From positions 29,774 to 93,773 of the forward strand of contig MGFA01000019.1 of the NCBI GenBank assembly GCA_001791645.1: a DNA stretch of 64,000 bases, in the 5' to 3' direction. Below the pieces are notes generated by a model. That model searched no databases. It saw only the letters and a list, made by a program, of their open reading frames with translations, and was not told the DNA's origin. A program made the position numbers and the translations under genes. Source of the DNA: Candidatus Uhrbacteria bacterium RIFOXYB12_FULL_58_10. Lineage in GTDB: Bacteria; Patescibacteriota; Patescibacteriia; UBA9934; GWF2-40-263. Of the stretch, positions 9,227 to 16,647 are shown one piece after another. Within the stretch, counting starts at the first letter, position 1, and each line of letters begins with the position of its first letter.

Positions 9227-9879
9227 TCCGGCAAATAGTCTGCCGGCTCGTATACGTTGCGGGCGTTCCAGAGCATCCAGCCGCTCGCGTGCGCGTCGCG
9301 GGCCGCCTGGATTTGCGCCTCGATGAGATCGGCCGTGTACACCGCGCCAATGTCGAAGTCCTGGATCCACGGACGAAACTTCGGGGTAATCTCCGCGTCT
9401 GGAAGACCGAAGTTCGAGGCGACGATGCCAAGCCCGGTCACAAGGGAATGCGTGACAACCTCGTACGGATACAACGCCGGGTTCGCGTATCCCTGAAACC
9501 CGGAGGCATAATGCGACGGGTACACCATGGGCGAGATGAAATCCGCGTTCGGAAACACGTCGACCAGGCGTTGGCCGATTCCGAAGTCATTGCCCGTCTC
9601 AAAGGTCATGCCGAACAGGTCGAACGACACGGGAATCCCGTTTGCGCGCATGACGCCACCAACGGTTTCAAAAAATCGCGCCATCACTTCGGTCTTCGTC
9701 TCCACGCTGTCATACACCGAATATCGGATCGACGAAAGCGCGCCGTCGGACGCGAACCGCACGTAATCGAACTGCACCTCGTCGAATCCGCGCGCGTACG
9801 CCTTGCGGCCAAGCGCAATCGCCTCCTCCGCGACCACGGGCGCGACGATCGCGTCATCGACCCACCCCCCCCCGCCCAT
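9223..9879 (-). CDS. DUF4015-like (glycoside-hydrolase-like TIM barrel) protein. Its 5' end appears frameshifted at a C9 tract from an upstream signal-peptide ORF.
   Basis: WVDDAIVAP...GFDEVQFDYVRF... Internal ATG at 9879. Upstream ORF fragment 9880-9949 encodes MWAKRGLLLIAVPAFLVLTTVGMYGRGG in another frame. Confidence 0.6.
   Translation of the reverse strand: MGGGGWVDDAIVAPVVAEEAIALGRKAYARGFDEVQFDYVRFASDGALSSIRYSVYDSVETKTEVMARFFETVGGVMRANGIPVSFDLFGMTFETGNDFGIGQRLVDVFPNADFISPMVYPSHYASGFQGYANPALYPYEVVTHSLVTGLGIVASNFGLPDAEITPKFRPWIQDFDIGAVYTADLIEAQIQAARDAHASGWMLWNARNVYEPADYLPE
9865..9873. repeat. C9 (minus-strand G9) homopolymer tract at the frameshift point.
   Basis: Read directly from the sequence. 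Removing 1 nt, or adding 2, fuses the signal peptide to the DUF4015-like domain. Confidence 0.9.
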
Positions 9880-9950
9880 ACATCCCAACGGTCGTCAGAA
9901 CCAAAAACGCAGGCACCGCAATCAGCAGGAGCCCGCGTTTCGCCCACATA

Positions 9951-10550
9951 TTATTTCGTATTATCCTCAACCGTCACCTCAAGCATCTTGTCACCGACCG
10001 CAATTGCGTCAACGACGTCCATTCCTTCCAGCACCCGTCCAAAAATCGAGTAGCTCTTTGGCAGCGGATTGTCAGCCAGCATGATGAAAAACTGCGATCC
10101 GTTGGTATTTGATCCGGAATTGGCCATGGCAACGATCCCGCGGTCATACGCGTATTCGTCGTTGAGCTCGTCGGCGAACTTGTATCCCGGACCGCCGGTT
10201 CCCGTCCCGCGCGGATCACCGCCTTGAATCACGAACCCTTCCACGCGACGATGAAACGTCAGGCCGTCGTAATATCCCTCCTTGGTGAGATACACGAAAT
10301 TCGAGACCGTATTCGGCGCGGTATCGGCGAACAATTCGAACAGGATGTCACCTTTTTCCGTGTGCAGGCGCACGCGCTTGTTCTGAATTTCTTCCAAGGG
10401 CAAAACGCCCGGGAACGCGTACGATGATTCTTCGGCCATAATTCCAGTGGTTCCCTCGACGACCTTCGCTTCCGGAACGGACGACGCACAACCGCCGCCG
10501 AGCAAAACGAGCGAGAGGACGACAGGGATCAAATAAGAGATGCGCGGCAT
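9951..10550 (-). CDS. ppiB: Cyclophilin-type peptidyl-prolyl cis-trans isomerase, lipoprotein.
   Basis: Signal peptide plus lipobox LLGGGC. Cyclophilin motifs HRRVEGFVIQGGDP and SQFFIML. Confidence 0.85.
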   Translation of the reverse strand: MPRISYLIPVVLSLVLLGGGCASSVPEAKVVEGTTGIMAEESSYAFPGVLPLEEIQNKRVRLHTEKGDILFELFADTAPNTVSNFVYLTKEGYYDGLTFHRRVEGFVIQGGDPRGTGTGGPGYKFADELNDEYAYDRGIVAMANSGSNTNGSQFFIMLADNPLPKSYSIFGRVLEGMDVVDAIAVGDKMLEVTVEDNTK

Positions 10551-10553
10551 AGA

Positions 10554-10913
10554 TTAGCGAGACGCGACGGAAGCGGTCGACCCGGAACTGCCAACGACGA
10601 CGTTTTGGCTACTCAGTGTGACCGACGCGGCCATCAGCATGGCGGACAGCGTGAAGATGATGGCGATGAGCACGGTAAGCAGCGCGTTGACGCCAAGCGG
10701 TACGTGATGACAGTTGCGGCAACCCGCAAGGTACACGACGTGACGCGACGCGGAGCCGCTCGGGCCCGGCATGGGTTCGGGTTCCGGCATGGGCATCGGC
10801 TGCGGGTCGGAGATAACCTCCATCGCTAGCGATTTTGTTTTTAATGACTTTCGACGCGTCGCGGACTTTTTCGCGAGCACCTTCTTTTTGGTCGTGGTAG
10901 GCATATCCTCCAA
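10554..10913 (-). CDS. Hypothetical small protein: Lys-rich N-terminus, Pro-rich PMPMPEPEPMP segment, CxxCHH, C-terminal TM helix.
   Basis: ORF with GC3 bias. No motif recognised. Start uncertain. Confidence 0.45.
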   Translation of the reverse strand: MEDMPTTTKKKVLAKKSATRRKSLKTKSLAMEVISDPQPMPMPEPEPMPGPSGSASRHVVYLAGCRNCHHVPLGVNALLTVLIAIIFTLSAMLMAASVTLSSQNVVVGSSGSTASVASR

Positions 10914-10944
10914 TGAACAAATGATTGACGCAGGAAGTATAGCA

Positions 10945-11403
10945 TCATCGCGCGCCGAGCGTCCACCAAATCGCGTCGATGCCGCTTGATTCCGTTGTCA
11001 CGGTCCGTTCTGCCGGATCCACGACGCTTTGCAACGCGATCCACGCGCGAGCCACCCGATCGTACGCGAACGCGGAAAGGCGGTTTGGCGCAATGCCGTC
11101 GAGTTTTTCTTCGTCGTAGGAAATCTCGACGATAAATCCGGCCGGCAATGGGTTGCCGCCAAGTTCGGAGCGATAGACCATGCCGACGCCGGAAGACAAT
11201 GCAATGCCCGGATCATCCGAAACGCCGATGGAAAGACGGCCGACCGATGGGGCCGCCTGTCCGGAAACCATTGCCAAACCGTCAGCGGAAATCGAGAACC
11301 GCGCTTCCGGCTCGCTCATACTGAGCACCACGAACGTACCGAAAAACAACGCGATGATCAGCGCGCCGATTCCAGCGACCGGTTGTGTCACCCTCCTTTT
11401 CAT
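10945..11403 (-). CDS. Hypothetical secreted or anchored protein (152 aa from MKRRVTQ).
   Basis: Signal anchor GIGALIIALFFGTFVVL. No motif recognised. The ORF-track N-terminal extension is probably spurious. Confidence 0.5.
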   Translation of the reverse strand: MKRRVTQPVAGIGALIIALFFGTFVVLSMSEPEARFSISADGLAMVSGQAAPSVGRLSIGVSDDPGIALSSGVGMVYRSELGGNPLPAGFIVEISYDEEKLDGIAPNRLSAFAYDRVARAWIALQSVVDPAERTVTTESSGIDAIWWTLGAR

Positions 11404-11496
11404 ACGCCCTAAAAACGCTCGTCGTTCTCTTGGTGCGACTGAACGTAAATTTCGCGTTCTTCTTCCATCACATCCGTCCAAATGGCATAGACCGCT

Positions 11497-12540
11497 TTAT
11501 TTTACTGTTTCTTCCCAAGAGAATCCAGGGCGACCGAAATGTCCGTAGGATGCGGTCTGGCGATAGATCGGCCGAAGCAGGTCGAATCGCTCGACGATTG
11601 CGTCCGGACGAAAGTCGAATTGTGCCTTCACGAGGTTCGCATAATCCATCTTGCTCCCGCGCGATTTCTCCGAGACTCCCGACGCCTCGAGGTGCACGGG
11701 CTCGGCACGACCCGGCGCGTACGCCGCGGTCACGAGCGCGGAGGACGCAAGCCCCTGCTCCACGAGCCACCGGGCCGCGGCGCGCGCCGCGTACAACCCC
11801 GCGCGCTTGGCACATCCGGGATCCCTTCCGGAAATGGACGCGTCGCCGTGCGGAATCAGCCCGCCATACGTGTCCGAGGCGAGCTTGTTCCCACTCATGC
11901 CCGATGACGCGGCGAACCCGGCGTGCACGAACGCCCCATTCGGATTGACATGCAGCTGCACGCCGTCCTCGCCGACCATCGGGGAAACGACGCGCTCGAG
12001 AATCGCGGTACGCACGTCGTTGAGCGCGATGTTTTGCGCGTGCGCGACCTGGATCGTCACGCACGTAACGCGATCGCGCTCGGCCACCACCTGCACCTTG
12101 CCGTTTGGCAACAACCAGGAAAACGATGGGTCCGTGCGACGCAGGTCGTCGAGGCGGCGGGCCATGTTGTTCGCGAACACAAACGCGCGCGGGAGCATCT
12201 CGCGCGTTTCCTTCGTGGCATACCCGTTCACGACCGCTGCGTCCGCGGGCACGCGAGCTCCCCGCAAAGGTTCGTCGGCCACGTTCACATTGACGAACAC
12301 CTCCGCTTCGTCCGCGTATCCCGTATCCGCATACGCCTGCTTGACGAGCGCCGCCACGTCAAAGTCCGCCCTTGACCGCACCTCTCCGCCCACCACGATC
12401 ATTCCGCGCGACCCGAGCACGCCCACATTCACGCGCGCCGCCGGATCACGACGCAAATACTCGTCCACGATCGCATCCGCGATCTGATCGCACACTTTGT
12501 CCGGATGTCCCTGCGTCACGGCCTCGGCAGCTTTGCGCAT
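11497..12540 (-). CDS. metK: S-adenosylmethionine synthetase.
   Basis: GHPDKVCDQIADAIVD and ASYGHFGR motifs. Start placed at the MRKAAEAV ATG (12540). The upstream extension is AT-rich leader. Confidence 0.85.
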   Translation of the reverse strand: MRKAAEAVTQGHPDKVCDQIADAIVDEYLRRDPAARVNVGVLGSRGMIVVGGEVRSRADFDVAALVKQAYADTGYADEAEVFVNVNVADEPLRGARVPADAAVVNGYATKETREMLPRAFVFANNMARRLDDLRRTDPSFSWLLPNGKVQVVAERDRVTCVTIQVAHAQNIALNDVRTAILERVVSPMVGEDGVQLHVNPNGAFVHAGFAASSGMSGNKLASDTYGGLIPHGDASISGRDPGCAKRAGLYAARAAARWLVEQGLASSALVTAAYAPGRAEPVHLEASGVSEKSRGSKMDYANLVKAQFDFRPDAIVERFDLLRPIYRQTASYGHFGRPGFSWEETVK

Positions 12541-12613
12541 ACCGCCGCATTTTACTCCATATAAAAAAAACTTATCCACACCAGAGAAAATTCCGCTTAA
12601 CCATTACCCTTGC

Positions 12614-12655
12614 GTTCGGTTTTTGTTCGGTGTATTATACGAACAGATACCGAAC
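12614..12655 (+). promoter_or_regulatory. LexA operator: two direct-repeat boxes GTTC-N7-GTTC (12614-12628) and GAAC-N7-GAAC (12641-12655) flanking TGtATTATA.
   Basis: gttcggtttttgttcgg TGTATTATA cgaacagataccgaacag. The direct-repeat GTTCN7GTTC is the alphaproteobacterial-type LexA box. Located 9-50 nt upstream of the lexA ATG. Confidence 0.6.
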
Positions 12656-12663
12656 AGAAACCT

Positions 12664-13278
12664 ATGAGCCTCACAAAGAAACAAGCTGAAATCCTTGCCT
12701 TCATCAAGGAACATATCGCGGACAAGGACTACGCGCCGAGCTATCGGGAAATCGCCGAGCACTTTGGTCTCTCTTCCCCGGCGACCGTACACCAGCACGT
12801 ACAGGCGCTCGCGGAAAAAGGAATGGTCTCGCTCGGCGAAGACGGAACCGCGCGCTCCATTGAGCTCATTGAAAAACAACCGCTCGACCCGTTCTCCATC
12901 ATGCTGCCGCTTGCCGGGCTCATCACCGCCGGCGTGCCAATCGAGGCAATCGAGGAAAATGAAACGATCGCGGTTCCGGCGCAGTTCGTCGTCGACGGCC
13001 TGAACTCGTACGTACTGCGCGTCAAAGGCCAGTCCATGATCGACGACGGCATTTTCGACGGCGATTACGTCGTCGTCGAACGAAACCCTTCCCCACGCAA
13101 CGGCGAGGTGGTCGTGGCGCTGCTCGACAATGCCTACGCGACGCTCAAGCGCTTCTACCGCGAACCGAACCGCATCCGCCTGCAACCGGCCAACTCCACC
13201 ATGTCTCCCATCTTCGTGAAGGACTGCATCATCCAAGGGACGGTGCGCGCGGTCATCCGAAAGTTTCAAACGGCATAA
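12664..13278 (+). CDS. lexA: LexA repressor.
   Basis: N-terminal wHTH (FIKEHIADKDYAPSYREIAEHFGL). C-terminal S24 peptidase with Ser (GQSMIDDGI) and Lys (TLKRF). Confidence 0.9.
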   Translation: MSLTKKQAEILAFIKEHIADKDYAPSYREIAEHFGLSSPATVHQHVQALAEKGMVSLGEDGTARSIELIEKQPLDPFSIMLPLAGLITAGVPIEAIEENETIAVPAQFVVDGLNSYVLRVKGQSMIDDGIFDGDYVVVERNPSPRNGEVVVALLDNAYATLKRFYREPNRIRLQPANSTMSPIFVKDCIIQGTVRAVIRKFQTA

Positions 13279-13562
13279 GACAACCTGACCATTTGGAATC
13301 TGTCGACGAGGCGCGAAGGGATCACGCGCGTCGTCGCCAGGTTTCAGATTGCCAAAATTAATTCGTAACGCATGATCCCAAAACCGATATGCCGAGCACA
13401 ACCCTCCGTCACCATGCGTTCACCTTCGCGTACCTTCCGGTTCGTCGCGTCCGGCGTTTCGAATCCGCGGTACGTGCCGTCCGCCTTCGCATAAGCTCCC
13501 GTCGAATCAAGGAAGTCATCCGCTCCACGCTCGCCGCCTCCTGGCCCAACAACACCTAATCT

Positions 13563-13814
13563 ATGGCACACGAAGTTATTAACGAGCCCGTGGACATGCT
13601 CGTCGCGTTCCGCGAAAATCGCGTCATCCCCAAGCGCATGATGTGGAACGCGCGCGAGTACGAAATCAAGTCCGTAAATCTCGTCCACACGGCCCGCGAA
13701 GGAACAAAACGCGTGTTCTACTTTTCCGTCTCAGACCTCACTAACTATTTCAAACTGAAACTCGATCCGGAGTTTCTCGAATGGCGCCTCATCGAGACGT
13801 ATACTGACGGATAA
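13563..13814 (+). CDS. Hypothetical 83-aa protein immediately upstream of dinB. Possible YolD-like/UmuD-analog accessory factor.
   Basis: Co-oriented with, and 25 nt from, the DNA polymerase IV gene, downstream of lexA. The YolD assignment rests on position only. Confidence 0.5.
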   Translation: MAHEVINEPVDMLVAFRENRVIPKRMMWNAREYEIKSVNLVHTAREGTKRVFYFSVSDLTNYFKLKLDPEFLEWRLIETYTDG

Positions 13815-13839
13815 TTTCCACATGCATGATCCCGCTTCT

Positions 13840-14870
13840 ATGAGCAGGATCATTTTGCATATCGACATGAACTCGTATTTCGCCTCCGTGGAGCAGCAGG
13901 CGAATCCTTTTTTGCGCGGGAAGGCGATCGGCGTGACCGGCAAGCGCACGGAACGCTCCGTGGTCGCGGCCGCGTCGCGCGAGGCAAAGAAACTTGGGGT
14001 GCGAACGGCCATGTCCACGTGGGAGGCGAAGCGCGTTCTTCCATCCATGATTCTCGTCATGGGCGATCCGGAAAAATATAGCGACATCACGCGGCGCTTC
14101 AATGCAATTTTTTTTGAGTTCACGCACCTCGTCGAGCGATTCAGCGTTGATGAAAGTTTCCTGGATATCACCGATTCGGCCCGTGACTTTCTAGGCGCGA
14201 CGATCATCGCGCAGACAATCAAGACACGGTTGCGCGAGGAATGCGGCGGGTACGTCACCTGTTCTGTCGGCATTGCCTCAAACAAGCCCATGGCAAAACT
14301 TGCCTCGGATCGCATGAAGCCGGACGGCCTCGTCGTCGTGTTGCCCGGACGCGAAACAGAGCTGCTCGACGCGTCCAGGCTCGAGGACGTGTGCGGCATC
14401 GGCCCGCGCATGGCCGTGCGCCTGAACGCGCTTGGCATTTTTTCGTTTCCGCAACTGCGCGCGTACCCGCTTGACCGCCTTGTCGGGGAGTTCAAGTCCT
14501 ATGCCCTTCGGCTGCATGATATCGCGCACGGACGCGGCGACGCCACGGTCTCGCCGGGCGAGGTTGACCCGAAATCTGTTGGACATTCGTACACGCTTCC
14601 GACGAACGTCAAAGATCCGCCCGTCATCCGACGGTATCTGCTTACCCTGTGCGACAAGGTTGCGTGGAGACTTCGCCGAGACGGCTTTGCGACGCGCTGC
14701 GTGACGGCATATGTGCGCTATGGAGATTTCTCCGGAGAATGTCTTCCGTTCTTTCCGCGCTCGACGCCTTGCAAACGCGTTATGGCGACCGCGCCTGGAC
14801 TCGCGCCTCACTCATTCGCACAAACGTTCTCGCCCGCACGAGCGGCTTCCGATACGACCATGAGCTCTGA
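13840..14870 (+). CDS. dinB: DNA polymerase IV (Y family), interrupted by an apparent frameshift at about 14736-14755. The C-terminal 45 aa are in the -1/+2 frame.
   Basis: MSRIILHIDMNSYFASVEQQANP and Y-family palm, thumb and little-finger motifs through ...VRYGDFSGE. The conserved C-terminal tail LSALDALQTRYGDRAWTRASLI is encoded in another frame (ORF 14649..14870). Confidence 0.7.
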
Positions 14871-14924
14871 AATCAAAATGACGGAATTCCTACATTCTTC
14901 ATTTTGCATTCCCCATTTTGCACT

Positions 14925-15503
14925 TCACTCAAACTCCCCTTCCAGCACATGCCGCGACGGATCGGGATTTCCATCCTTCGATTCGACGGTCACGACGATC
15001 TGCGTATACGCGTCATACTTCCCCGCTCCTGAGTCTGTCGAAGCGGACCATTCGAGCACCCACTCGCCAACGTCATTCGTCACGAAATCGCCAACGGAAA
15101 AATAATCGTATGGAACCTGGCGAAGCAACCAGGCCTCATACGCGTACGTCTCTCGATCAACATCAGGAAGGCTGGCCTTGATGGACAGGAAAAACTGCCC
15201 GCCATCGGTCTCTCGTTCCGCATTTGCGAACGACGAACCGCCTTTCGGATCGTGCAACGTCGCCTCGTTGGACGTGCCTTCCGCCGCCGCGATCACCGCG
15301 GATGCGACGGGCGTCGGGGTAAGCACGTCGACGATGGTATCCGAGGTGGACGCCGACGGCTCATTCTTCGGGGCGAACCGGAACCACCAAATGCCATAGG
15401 CGAACAACCCCGCAAGGACAGCGACGATGCCGAGCGTTCCGAAAACCGTGCCATACGGAACGGAACGCGGACGCCTGGAACGAAAGGACGAGCGTTGATA
15501 CAT
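14925..15503 (-). CDS. Hypothetical N-terminally anchored extracytoplasmic protein (192 aa).
   Basis: Start MYQRSS at 15503 abuts the malic-enzyme stop. One TM helix, then a Thr/Ser linker and beta-rich domain. The ORF-track extension is spurious. Confidence 0.55.
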   Translation of the reverse strand: MYQRSSFRSRRPRSVPYGTVFGTLGIVAVLAGLFAYGIWWFRFAPKNEPSASTSDTIVDVLTPTPVASAVIAAAEGTSNEATLHDPKGGSSFANAERETDGGQFFLSIKASLPDVDRETYAYEAWLLRQVPYDYFSVGDFVTNDVGEWVLEWSASTDSGAGKYDAYTQIVVTVESKDGNPDPSRHVLEGEFE

Positions 15504-15504
15504 A

Positions 15505-16647
15505 TCAAACCACGGCCTTGACCGCGTCGGCGACGATGCGCGCAGCCCCGCCCTCCAGCAAGGAGGGCAGAATATGCTCCGCGGTCGGTTCCTCGACCAT
15601 GGCGGCAAGCGCGCGCGCTGATGCGATTCGCATCGCGTTCGTAAAACGAGGTGTCCTCGCTTCCAATACGCCGAGAAACATGCCTGGGTATGCGAGCACG
15701 TTGTTGACCTGATTCGAGTAGTCGCTCCGTCCCGTGGCAACCACGGCTGCGCCCGCCGCCTTCGCGAGGTCGGGCATAATCTCCGGGGTCGGATTTGCCA
15801 TGGCGAACACGATTGCCCCGGGCGCCATCGCGCGTACCATCTCCTCGGTGACGATTCCCGGGGCGCTTACTCCCACGAACACGTCGGCCCCAACCATGGC
15901 CTCCGCGAGCGAACCCGTGCGCCCTTCGGCATTGATGCGCGCGGCCATCTTCGTCTTGGTATCGTTCATCCCGTCTCTCTCCACCGCGATGATGCCCTTT
16001 GAATCGACCATGGCGATATGCGTCGCCCCCGCCTCAAGCAACAGATTCGCCGTGGCGATGCCAGCCGCACCAACTCCGGAGATGACGACCGACGCGGATT
16101 CAAGCGACTTTCCGACGACTTCCAGGGCATTCAGGATTCCGGCCAGGACAACCACGGCCGTGCCATGTTGGTCGTCATGCATCACGGGAACATCGAGCTC
16201 GCGCGAAAGCCGATCCTCGATTTCAAAACACCGCGGCGCGGAAATGTCCTCCAGGTGAATCGCGCCGAATCCGGGAGCGATATTTTTTACGGTCGCGATG
16301 ATCGCCTCGGTATCTTGCGTGGCCAGGCAAATCGGAAACGCGTCGATACCAGCGAACTTCTTATACAAAATGGCCTTCCCTTCCATGACCGGCATGGCGG
16401 CCTCCGGACCAATGTTGCCAAGTCCAAGCACGGCCGACCCGTCCGTCACCACCGCGACGAACCGTCCCTTGATGGTGAGATCGTACGCCAACGACTTGTC
16501 CTTCGCGATTGCCTCACACGGCGCGGCCACGCCCGGCGTGTATGCAATTGACAGATCGTCGCGCGTCTCAAGCGACACGGTCGGCGCAAGTTCCATCTTC
16601 CCTCGCTTCTCGTGGTGCAGCTTCATCGATGCTTCTGCGTAGTTCAT
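15505..16647 (-). CDS. NAD(P)-dependent malic enzyme (small form).
   Basis: Malic_M/NAD-binding motifs (VISGVGAAGIA, GLGNIGP). ATGA start/stop overlap with uvrD at 16644-16647. Confidence 0.85.
   Translation of the reverse strand: MNYAEASMKLHHEKRGKMELAPTVSLETRDDLSIAYTPGVAAPCEAIAKDKSLAYDLTIKGRFVAVVTDGSAVLGLGNIGPEAAMPVMEGKAILYKKFAGIDAFPICLATQDTEAIIATVKNIAPGFGAIHLEDISAPRCFEIEDRLSRELDVPVMHDDQHGTAVVVLAGILNALEVVGKSLESASVVISGVGAAGIATANLLLEAGATHIAMVDSKGIIAVERDGMNDTKTKMAARINAEGRTGSLAEAMVGADVFVGVSAPGIVTEEMVRAMAPGAIVFAMANPTPEIMPDLAKAAGAAVVATGRSDYSNQVNNVLAYPGMFLGVLEARTPRFTNAMRIASARALAAMVEEPTAEHILPSLLEGGAARIVADAVKAVV

Noticed and set aside
6806-9370. 854-aa ORF, and the 8086..9219 minus ORF, implying a huge nuclease protein.
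   Set aside because: Upstream of the ATG at 8200 the frame is R/G/S-rich junk that overlaps a well-supported plus-strand gene. This is not a fusion.
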